Source: Ylistrum balloti
Lineage: Eukaryota
Direction of reading: 5' to 3'
Length of the DNA stretch: 64,000 bases
Assembly (NCBI RefSeq): GCF_031769215.1
Contig: NW_026782105.1
Coordinates: forward strand, 1 to 64,000
The position numbers were made by a program, and so were the translations under genes. The notes below the pieces were generated by a model that searched no databases, was not told where the DNA came from, and saw only the letters and a program-made list of their open reading frames with translations. Position 1 is the stretch's first letter, and each line of letters starts with the position of its first letter. Shown here piece by piece: positions 1-9,700 of this stretch.

Positions 1-33
1 CTCTATCATATATATAGTATCATAGTTTCTACC

Positions 34-3000
34 ATGCAGAACGATTCATTATGCACACTGTCGGACCAGATACAGGCTGCGGTTGGAAAGTCACAAAACG
101 AAATACTCGGGCATTTGGATACATTAATTTCACAAAAGTTGAGCTCGTTTGAGAGAAAAATGTGTGAAAATTCTGAGGCATCTTTAAACAAGATACAAGA
201 AACAATTCAGTGTACGGATACCTACAAATTCAAAAAGAGAAGTTGCGAGGAACAGTACAAGTTCAATACCAAAGTGCGCGGGAAATTATTGGACGCCGCG
301 CAGGCCGTCAGTACGGACATGGACACCGCCAGGCTTAAGATACAGGAGGGTATGTCGCTTATAGACTATCGCAACAAGCTAATTAAGTTGGCGGACAGTT
401 CTGAAGCAGGCTGGAAAACCGTCGATGAGTATGTAGCAAATCCTATAGCGTCGGACTCCGACGATGAAAGGAAAATCGACAGGGCCAGCTCCAAGGCAGT
501 TAAAAAGGCAAAGGCGGAAAAGTTAAAGTCCAGCAGGGGAAGACAGCGTTTCAACCCTTATCAAAGAGAGACTTTTGTGTCCAGGAGCCAGACAAACGCC
601 GCTACTACGACCGACAGAACAGGTCCTTTCCCACGGGGCGGGACCAAGCCCGGTACATGCTTTGGGTGTGGAAAGGCCGGACATTGGCGACAAGAGTGTC
701 CGGAAATCAAAGGAGTCGCCTCGGCTGTATCCGGATATAAGATAAGTGGTTCTTTATTTGATATGCATGAAAAAGTATCGGCGAAGCAGGACGCAGGTAA
801 GGTAGGGGCGACACAGGACGCTCCACGTGTCACATGTGATACTTCGCCAGTGGGGCGCTTGAAGGGTAAGAGCCAGTATTGGGCAGACCAAGGTACCATT
901 GAAGTAGTACAATCTATCATCGAGAGAGGTTATAAAATTCCTTTTCACGAAATTCCACCAAGGGTGTCTTTGTCAAATAACAAAACCGCAAAAGATAACC
1001 CCGATTTTGTCGTGGGGGAGATAACTAAGCTTTTACGGTTAGGTTGTGTGTCGGAAGTTTCGTCAGAGCCCGCGGTCATAAATCCGCTCACTGTAGCTTT
1101 CAATCAATCAGGTAAGCCCCGCCTAGTTTTGGATTGCAGGCACATAAACCCTTTTTTGCATAAATTCAAGTTTAAATACGACGATGCAAGGGTAGCACGG
1201 GATGTTTTCCAGCCAGGAGATTTTTTGTTCACTTTTGATTTGAAGTCTGCTTACCACCATATCGAAATTTTTGAAGAGCACAGGCAATTTCTCGGTTTTG
1301 AGTTTGAAGTGGAAGGCAAAACACGCCAGTTTGTTTTCAATGTGTTACCGTTTGGTATCTCTACTGCTGGTTACGTGTTTACCAAGGTTCTAAGGGAGGT
1401 GGTCAAATCTATCCGTTTATTAGGTCACAAATTGGTCATGTATTTGGACGACGGTATTGGAGGTCACGAGACAGAGGGCGGGGCTAACGAGTCCAGTAGA
1501 TATGTCAGACAGGCATTGATCGATTACGGTTTTCTCATAGCCGAGGAGAAGTCCAATTGGGTAGCTTCCCAGCATGTCACGTGGTTAGGTTACACGTGGT
1601 CGATGGGAGAAGGCGTGGTCAGGGTCACGTCGGGTCGTGTCGAGCGGCTTTTGTATTGGCTGACCAATACGATGACACATGTCAAACAGAAAGACCTGCC
1701 TTTGCTCTCGGCCAGGTACATAGCGGGCATAGTAGGTCAGGTCATATCAATGCAAGGTGTTGTCGGTCACGTGGCTAGACTACGTACACGGGAGTTGTAC
1801 AGGTGTGTATTGGCTAGAGCCAGTTGGAATGCGCGTGTTTTGCTCACGTCGGGAGCTCTAGACGAGATCCAATTTTGGTTGTCTAACGTAAAGGCACTGA
1901 ACGATAAGGGTTCACAGTTAAAGCAACACCTAGTCTGTGACGCCATACTTTGTACTGATGCATCCGGTGAGGGATACGGGGGTTATGTTCAATATGTGGA
2001 CACATCAGGCAGGTGTGAGCATGTTGGAGTGACGCAAGGTGTCAACGGGTGCACATACATACACGATACAAACAGTATCGAGACAGGTGCAAGCAAATGT
2101 TACCAAGGTGTAATCCCCCAGGGGGACTTTGTAACGGTACATGGTACAGATGTTTTTCAACACCCCCAGGGGGCTTGTGAGGTCCGACCCCGGATATATT
2201 TAGGCCATGATCATGATGGAACAAAATGGGGTCAAACGTTCGAGTTTCTTGGTCAATGCAACAGCACCCAGGGTGTTAGGGGGTCTCCGAGACCCGGGTT
2301 TTGCTGCGGTAGCAGTATTAGTCCCACGGGAGGACTAGTAGGTGGCCCAGTGAGTGACGTGATTGGTCTGCAGGGCAGCGAGGTAAGCGTTTTGGATCGC
2401 TCTCTTCCTACAGTAAGGGATCTTTACCACATGGATAAACATGTCGCGTTGGGAACATGGGATGAACGGGAGAAAAGGTATAGCTCAACTTGGAGAGAGT
2501 TAGAAGCAGTCAAAAGGGTGTTGTTGGCTAAGGTCGATATGGTCAAAGGTAAGCAGGTAAAACTGTTAACAGATAACAGAAACGTTTGTTCCATAGTGAA
2601 AACTGGTAGCAGGAAGCCAGACCTACAGAGGGTCGCACGTGAGATTAACGAGGTGTTGGATTATAATAACACGGGCGTTAGTACACAGTGGCTACCAAGG
2701 ATTAGTAACAGTACCGCCGATTACTTGAGTAGATGTAAAGACTGTGACGATTGGTCGGTGCAGTCATGGGTTTTTGAGGAGTGTCAGTTATTATGGGGTC
2801 CACATCAAATCGACCGGTTCGCGACAGATTATAACAGCAAATGTGTGCGTTTTAATTCCAAGTGGTGGTGCCCGGGTACAGAGGCAGTCGATGCTTTCAC
2901 GGTAAGATGGCAGGGAGTCAACAACTGGTTAGTACCTCCCCCTAGACTCGTTTGCGGTGTGGTTAGCAAAATGAGGGACGAAGGAGCTTATGGGACCATA

Positions 3001-3198
3001 ATTGTCCCCCATTGGAGGAGCGCGGCATACTGGCACTTATTGTGTCCTAAGGATGGGGCTTTCGATTCTTTCATAGTAGATTATCGTATACTGCCCAGTA
3101 GAAAAGTCACACTGAGGGGGAGGGGGAACAATGGATGTTTCGGAGCCAGTATTTTGGGTTTCGACATGTTGGCCCTCCGGTTAGACTTTAGACATTGA
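34..3198 (+). CDS. Gag-Pol polyprotein of DIRS-type element (CCHC zinc knuckle, reverse transcriptase, RNase H, Dam-like N6-adenine methyltransferase domain)
   Basis: 1054-aa ORF with accATG start. CFGCGKAGHWRQEC knuckle at 658-699. RT motifs RLVLDCR, DLKSAYHH, LPFG and YLDDG (1441-1455). RNase H residues TDAS / RELEAV / TDNRNV / ADYLSR. C-terminal WGPHQIDRFA...NNWLVPP...IIVPHW is typical of the DIRS MT domain. Confidence 0.93.
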   Translation: MQNDSLCTLSDQIQAAVGKSQNEILGHLDTLISQKLSSFERKMCENSEASLNKIQETIQCTDTYKFKKRSCEEQYKFNTKVRGKLLDAAQAVSTDMDTARLKIQEGMSLIDYRNKLIKLADSSEAGWKTVDEYVANPIASDSDDERKIDRASSKAVKKAKAEKLKSSRGRQRFNPYQRETFVSRSQTNAATTTDRTGPFPRGGTKPGTCFGCGKAGHWRQECPEIKGVASAVSGYKISGSLFDMHEKVSAKQDAGKVGATQDAPRVTCDTSPVGRLKGKSQYWADQGTIEVVQSIIERGYKIPFHEIPPRVSLSNNKTAKDNPDFVVGEITKLLRLGCVSEVSSEPAVINPLTVAFNQSGKPRLVLDCRHINPFLHKFKFKYDDARVARDVFQPGDFLFTFDLKSAYHHIEIFEEHRQFLGFEFEVEGKTRQFVFNVLPFGISTAGYVFTKVLREVVKSIRLLGHKLVMYLDDGIGGHETEGGANESSRYVRQALIDYGFLIAEEKSNWVASQHVTWLGYTWSMGEGVVRVTSGRVERLLYWLTNTMTHVKQKDLPLLSARYIAGIVGQVISMQGVVGHVARLRTRELYRCVLARASWNARVLLTSGALDEIQFWLSNVKALNDKGSQLKQHLVCDAILCTDASGEGYGGYVQYVDTSGRCEHVGVTQGVNGCTYIHDTNSIETGASKCYQGVIPQGDFVTVHGTDVFQHPQGACEVRPRIYLGHDHDGTKWGQTFEFLGQCNSTQGVRGSPRPGFCCGSSISPTGGLVGGPVSDVIGLQGSEVSVLDRSLPTVRDLYHMDKHVALGTWDEREKRYSSTWRELEAVKRVLLAKVDMVKGKQVKLLTDNRNVCSIVKTGSRKPDLQRVAREINEVLDYNNTGVSTQWLPRISNSTADYLSRCKDCDDWSVQSWVFEECQLLWGPHQIDRFATDYNSKCVRFNSKWWCPGTEAVDAFTVRWQGVNNWLVPPPRLVCGVVSKMRDEGAYGTIIVPHWRSAAYWHLLCPKDGAFDSFIVDYRILPSRKVTLRGRGNNGCFGASILGFDMLALRLDFRH

Positions 3199-4268
3199 AA
3201 ACTTACACATGTTCATACCATACTGAGCATTGTTTTACTGTGTTTATTGTTACAGGCATAGGACTGAGGAAGTCGATCAGCGATGCCGTCAAAGCTTCTG
3301 GGGTAACGGAGGGTTCCGATCTGCACGCTCTGACCGAGGGTATGGCTGGCAGACTTTTACTAAGCAGGAGTGTCAACACAGGCACCAAGTACTATGGAGC
3401 TTTCGCGAAATGGGAACATTTCATTTCCGGACATGGTTTTTCGTCTATCCCGGCAAATCCCATACACGTGGCATTATATTTAAATTCTTTATTGGAAAAG
3501 GGAGGGACTTACGCAGTGGTGTCGTCTGCAGTATATGCTATCAAATGGGTGCACAATCTTAACGGACACATCGACCCTACAACAAACTCATTCGTACAGA
3601 ACTTAATTGAATTTTCCAAACGAGAGGCTAAAAATCCTGTTTGCAAAAAGGAACCGGTCACGACTGACATTTTGATCAATTTGTGTGGAATGTTTTTGAA
3701 TGAGAATGACTTGTTGGTAGTGAGAGATCTTGCCATGATTTTGTTAGGGTTTTCCGGTTTTTTACGTTTTAACGAGCTCAGTAGTTTGCGTTGCTCTGAT
3801 GTTCAGTTTTTCGAGGGGCATTTAACGCTCAATATCAGGAAAAGTAAAACAGACAAATATCGCTTTGGTAGTCAAGTGGTCATCAGTAAAGGTTCGACTG
3901 TAGCTTGTCCGTACACCATGTTATCAAGGTATGTTGAGTTATCAAAAATTGACTTAAGTTCGGATCATTTTTTGTTTAAGCAAGTTTATCGTTCCGGTCA
4001 GGGTTGTAAGCTTATTAACAAAAATAAGCCACTTAGTTACACAGGGGCTAGGCAAGCTGTCATGAAAAGGTTGAAACTAGTTTCCAATGATACAAATTTT
4101 GGTTTACACTCGCTCAGAGCAGGGGGCGCCACAGTGGCCGCCAACAACGGAGTGAACGATCGATGTTTCAGGAGGCATGGCCGCTGGAAAGGCGAATCTA
4201 GCAAGGATGGTTATGTCGCTGACTCTTTGGAGTCTCGTTTACTGGTAACACAGAAGTTAGGTTTGTAA
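3195..4268 (+). CDS. Tyrosine recombinase (phage-integrase family) of the DIRS-type element
   Basis: Catalytic set present: FLRFNEL (R), KSKTDK (K), HSLRAGGAT (HxxR), GRW, GYV (Y). The ORF track starts at TTG. The first ATG is at 3342 and a splice acceptor lies at 3254-3255, so the true start is uncertain. Confidence 0.92.
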   Translation: MKTYTCSYHTEHCFTVFIVTGIGLRKSISDAVKASGVTEGSDLHALTEGMAGRLLLSRSVNTGTKYYGAFAKWEHFISGHGFSSIPANPIHVALYLNSLLEKGGTYAVVSSAVYAIKWVHNLNGHIDPTTNSFVQNLIEFSKREAKNPVCKKEPVTTDILINLCGMFLNENDLLVVRDLAMILLGFSGFLRFNELSSLRCSDVQFFEGHLTLNIRKSKTDKYRFGSQVVISKGSTVACPYTMLSRYVELSKIDLSSDHFLFKQVYRSGQGCKLINKNKPLSYTGARQAVMKRLKLVSNDTNFGLHSLRAGGATVAANNGVNDRCFRRHGRWKGESSKDGYVADSLESRLLVTQKLGL

Positions 4269-4351
4269 TTAATATGGTTATTTGATCAATTATTCAAAGG
4301 CGGTTAGGTATTCCCCAACCACAACCCCCTTGCCCTTTCTTTGTTAATTCT

Positions 4352-4431
4352 CTAATTCGTGACGGGCTAGTACGGCAAATGAGTATTTGCGGGTTTGAGT
4401 TTTCTTTTCGGGCACGAAGTGGAGAGAAGAC
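4352..4431 (+). repeat. Split direct repeat B1 (80 bp)
   Basis: ctaattcgtgacggg...ggagagaagac, identical to 5036-5115. Confidence 0.95.
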
Positions 4432-5035
4432 TTAAATATTCCCGCGTTTCGGTAGTATAGCGGGAATAGTTCGTCTTCTCAGGCACGTAGAGCACGTGCG
4501 TATGCCCAGGTAAGGGTGGGTGCGCGGGTGAATAGTCATTCTCTAGCTCTCCGTCTAGCAGTGCAGTCCAGTTAATTTAGTTAGTTAGTGTGCCTATCAG
4601 TATTATTATATGTAGTTGGTTTGCTCCGTTTTCTAGTCTTGCTATTTTATGCTTGCATTCCTGGCGAGGAAATCTGGAAGTCTGGGTATGCTTAGTGGGA
4701 GTGTGATTGGCTGATATTGTGTTAGTGGCGCTCCGGTAGAACGATTGTTTTTATTATTTTTTTTTTTTCGACACCGGTCCTTGTGTCGGCCCGGAGAACG
4801 TATTGCAATTGGAGGTAATCGATTCCAGCCCCGTTGGACACAGGTTTCCGGGGATTATCTCCGGTTTTTCCTGGGCGCGCGATACATTCTGTGATGGGAG
4901 GTGAGTATGGAGTGTCTAGGACGCTCTCGTGGGTGAGGAGTGTGTGCGTTAGGGACGTTTGCGTCACGTCTGTCGGAGTGAGATTCGTACGTACAATGTA
5001 TTTTCTACACCATGTATTATTAAACGCCTACTGCA

Positions 5036-5115
5036 CTAATTCGTGACGGGCTAGTACGGCAAATGAGTATTTGCGGGTTTGAGTTTTCTTTTCGGGCACG
5101 AAGTGGAGAGAAGAC
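5036..5115 (+). repeat. Split direct repeat B2 (80 bp), probable right terminus of the element
   Basis: Identical to 4352-4431; the flanks diverge on both sides. Confidence 0.9.
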
Positions 5116-5491
5116 GCAATATTCGTCACAGTATTCGTCGCTGTAAAGTCTCAAATGCCCTGGGCTACGTACGTGAGTACACATCTACCCGCCGGGAAAC
5201 TATCGGTCGGAGAGGATTAGTGGTCTAGGCGGGATACTAATTATTTAATTGGGCTGTGATTTCACCTTGATAAGGCAGCAGGACGGACAATTTCACCTGT
5301 ATTACACGAGGAATGAACTCTCAGCTCACATTTTCATAAAACATATAAAAAAGAAGTGATTTTTTTTCGCAAAATATCACCAGACTTACTATTTTATCGC
5401 CAGTTTTCTGTTCATCCAAAAAGCAATATGTTATTTTGCTGAATGTTTTAATAATCGTTTACTTACTGGCAAATACTGTGTTACATAAATA

Positions 5492-6360
5492 TACGAGGGT
5501 TGATTAATAACTCATCTAACCTCATATTTAAGTGTTGGACGTTTGGCGGACATATTGCATACCATTTTTCAACATAATCCCATTCAGTATCTACCCTCTT
5601 TTGCCAGCGATGTTTAAGGGTCACAATGCTACATTTAAAGAAGTCCTTTTCCAGACCGTTCAGAAAGTTCTCCACTGCATGCATGACGTCATCATTCAAA
5701 CAAAAGTGGGTATTGGAAATACACATTTTTAAATTTGGAAATAGATGAAAGTCTGATGGAGCCAGTTCAAACGAATAAGGTGGATGCTCATAAATCCAAA
5801 GACACATGACATGACACCGATAGCAATGACAGACTTGTGAACAGGGACATTGTCCTGATGGAACAATACCATAGTTGTCCGCGGCGCTTGAGTCTAACAT
5901 TTTTCTAAACTGCCTAAGAAGTAATGTATATGTGTTATTGATCGTTTGTACTATTTGCAGATAAGCGACCATAAGTTTATTATCAGCATCACAGAAAACT
6001 GAGCCCATAACCTTTCCAACAGATTGATAAGTATTTGCTTTCTTTGGTGGGGATGAGCCAGGATGCTTCCATAGTTTACACCGTATTTTGGCCTCTAGGG
6101 TGACTAACGCTTCATCCATAGTCACAAACCTCGGCAGAAAGTTAGCGGGATCTACCTCTAAATGCTTCAGATTAGCACGCGATAAAATTCGCCTGGTGTG
6201 CTTCTGATTAGCTGTCAGAAGTGTTGGTACCCAACGGGCTGATAGCTTTCTCATTGCAAAACATCCGTAAGAATGGAATGTACTCTTTCCTGTGAAATCC
6301 CAACTGTACTGGCTATATATCTCTCTGTAACTCGCCTTTCAGCCATAACAATATCATGGA
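5492..6360 (-). mobile_element. Degenerate mariner (DD34D) transposon, 5'-truncated
   Basis: RKLSARWVP, VTMDE, HQDN (in a shifted frame) and HPPYSFELAPSDFHLFP motifs. TA+CGAGGG terminal sequence at 5492. Frameshifts near 6255 and internally. No matching TIR seen at the other end. Confidence 0.88.
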
Positions 6361-6774
6361 CCCTAATAATGAGATACGTAAATGTGTAATTGAAAAAAAA
6401 ACCTATTCTGTCAGAATTTTTAGATTAAATAATCATTTTATACTTGTATTCTGAAATACAAAAGGGTTAACATTAGGGCTTATAATAATGGTACAATGTC
6501 CACGCTTTAAGTCTGCTTAACCTGTATGAAAATATACAGGTAAATAACACGTCCTGAGACTAGGTGGTGACCCTGGACACACACCTTTGCCCAGGTTTGT
6601 CCAGGTGTTTATCCAGGTATCTTTCGGACATGAAATCAATTTCAGCTGGTGTCTTCTTATTAACATGTTGGCAGATATTGAAGAGTTCTTCTGATTCGTT
6701 ACTTATTGTTCGTCTCCGCTGTGTTCTGATTTTATGATTTCATTACATGAGATTTTGAAAATATATATGCGTAG

Positions 6775-9700
6775 ATTCCAAGATGAAGTAAAGAGGCAAC
6801 CTTCAAATGTCAACATGAGAAAGAAAATCCCTGAATGGGTCAAAGGTCGAGATTCCGTTGCAGAATTTATGAACGCTGATCCAGAAGACTTGGTACTTGT
6901 TCCTAATGTTACTACAGGTATAATTAATTCTTCTGTTCCGAATGTCATTTATTTTCAGTCGAACGCTCGAAATCGTTCTTTTTTACAATTGGTATATCTT
7001 GTTTGATATAAATATTTTCAAATGTATTTGAGGTACATCTTGACCTGTACAATAAAATGAGTTCAGAAAAGTGTTATTGCCGACACGTGTTAAATATAAC
7101 CGTGATGTCAACACAATAGATACGAAAATGATTGTATTAACAATATAGATGTTGATTTAGAATAGCATTTTGTTCCAAAGGTCTCGTGTATTTTTTATAG
7201 AAAATCCTCTTTTTATTATATTCTTTTTTATTTCGATTCGAAAACGCCTGATAAAATTCTATAAAGAGATACATGTTTGTAAAAGAATTAACAAACAATA
7301 CCAGCACGTCAACAAAATCATAATTCAAACACAAATTTAATGAAAGTAGGGCAACTACATATCACATAACTAAACATGCTATTCATATCAATGACGTATT
7401 CAGTAAAGCATACTCCAAATCATACAAAACCCATTACCTAAATTGTTGAAATCTTAATAATGATAAAGAAAAAACAAAACAAATCTATGATGCCGTTCTT
7501 CTAATGAATAGACTTCTGATTTCTGGCAGCGATCAGCACCGTTTTGATGTCAATTCCTATGAAGAGCGGGGATACCATCTTGATCACCGACCACACTTAC
7601 GTTTCCACAAACAACGCATGCGCACATATCTTAGAGCACCACAAAGGTGATCATATGAGAAACAAAATCTAAAAATCTAAGCGTGATTATGTAAAGAAAC
7701 TTTTATAAATAAATTCAAACTTTTCTTCATTTTTATTTAGCTATTAATTTTATATTAATGATGGAGATTATTGCTTTTAAGGGTAAGTGGAAAAGACTTC
7801 ATTTCAAATGTTATAAAATGTATTTTACTTAAACGCAAAATATTTCCAAACATGTCTTGATTACAAACGTAATTATTTGTATTTTTTATTACTTGAAAAG
7901 GCGTGAAGATTACAGTTGTCGAAATCACGGTGCCCATTAAGGATACAACACAAGTGGTCAGCTTATTTAGACAAGCACTGGACAATGACCCGAACGTGCG
8001 AGCTGTTGTTATTGGTACAGTATACTATAATATACACAGACCTGACATTTAGAAAGCATTACTTTCATGCAACACCAATTGTTGTTAAAAACCATTTTTT
8101 TTATTTTCAGATTTGGTTCCTTGCACGTGCACCATGAAGCTTCCGGTGACGGAAATTGTGCAGCTGTGTCAGAGGTACAACGCTATAACCGTCATTGACG
8201 GTGCGCATGCTCCAGGACAATTTCCGGTTTGTCTCAACGAAAACGAAACTGACTTTTACATTGGTATGCAGCTGCTTATCTCATATTCTTATAAAAATAA
8301 TGCAAATTATCTATCATCATGTATTTTATGACCTGTTAATGGAAAATTTGTCCCTCAAGATGTTACTTCCCATTCCCACGTCTCGCTTTCGTTTTCATTT
8401 ATTGTAACACTCCATTCAGGGAGATTCCGGAAAATGAAAATCCGGCTTCCACATGATTTTCTAAACTATAATACCCTTCTTTCGTTTCCATAATATACAA
8501 CTTTTATACAAGCATATTGAGTTTTTACTACCGTAGTTACGTAATGGGGGAGTTTTTGTGACCTAATTTCTTAATGAAAGTGTGAAACTTTATGAAATAC
8601 AGAATGTGTGAATTCATGGAGAACTCTGGTTCAAGATTGTAGAAAGGACTTGCTAGTGAATAACACTTTTTTGTACAAATTTAGAATTACAGTAGATTAA
8701 AACAATTGCTTCAACTGCATTCTACAGCTCTTCCGTTCTTATAGGACTTGTGGTGCCTAGGGCCAAATTTTTGAAGCCCAGGAGACGACTGAGGTAAACC
8801 TAGATTGACCGAAAGTAAAGTTCAAATGTAGATGGGGAGGTGTACTAGCCCAGTGATAATACGAATTTCGAATTTGTCGTGTATCTGATAATTCTAGGAA
8901 ACGTTCAAATTAAAGACAAGGTAATGGCAATCAAAAACTCATTGTGGTATGCGCTAATATATAACGGTTGATGATGACGTCACGTCAGGAGGGTGGTAAT
9001 GGTTGTTCCCAATATTTTTCAATACGCGTATTTTTGTTCCAGGAAATTTCCATAAATGGATGTTTGCACCATGGGGGTGTGCCTTTGTGTGGAAGAATAA
9101 AAAGGTTTCGTTTCGGTTGAGATCGCTTATGAGTTCATCACCAACAGACGATCTTGTGACGCAGTTTTGCTTGCAAGGCACAAAGGATGACAGTTGTTAC
9201 AACTCTTTACCTGCAGCCATTGAATACATTCAGAGCAAAGGCGGGCTTGTGAGTGATATTTCATGTGTATACTATAAAAGAAGAAAGTTTCGCGGTGTGG
9301 AAATATTGGCGTCAAGCAACTTTTCTTAAAGGAGAAATTCAATATTTACAACGATCAGTTTCTTTTGTTTATATTGATTAATTATTTTTTAAATTTTGCA
9401 GGGTCGAATATCAGAATACAACACCAGACTTATAGAAATGGCGTCAAACTATCTGATTTCGTTGTGGGGTACGAGTAGGCTAGCTATCCCATCCTCCATG
9501 GAACCACCATTCCTCAGGATGGTATGTCTGCCAAAGATCTCAGGCTTTGGCACTTCGGAGGTAAGGAAAAACATATACCGATGGTAACTTAAATGACCAT
9601 TTTTTCTTTGCTCTACAAATTTATTTGGTTACAATTATTACAAATCTTTATAAGACATTTGTGCATAACTTAGAGCACCATGAGACTGCTACATGGAACT

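Larger units (their letters stand above)
1..5115 (+). mobile_element. Tyrosine-recombinase retrotransposon (DIRS order; split-direct-repeat PAT/Ngaro-type architecture with methyltransferase domain), 5' end outside window
   Basis: Gag-RT-RH-MT ORF, then a YR ORF, then two identical 80-bp direct repeats (4352-4431 and 5036-5115). An ATTAAA at 5019-5024 lies just before the second repeat. No stops or frameshifts in either ORF. Confidence 0.93.

Noticed and set aside
2013-2413. Intron from CAG|GTGTGA to the 2413 acceptor removing the RNase H insert
   Set aside because: Phases do not match (2 versus 1) and the product hits a stop within 8 codons.
366-3736. Antisense and alternative-frame ORFs overlapping the DIRS genes
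   Set aside because: Short and motif-free; expected as shadows of GC-richer coding sequence.
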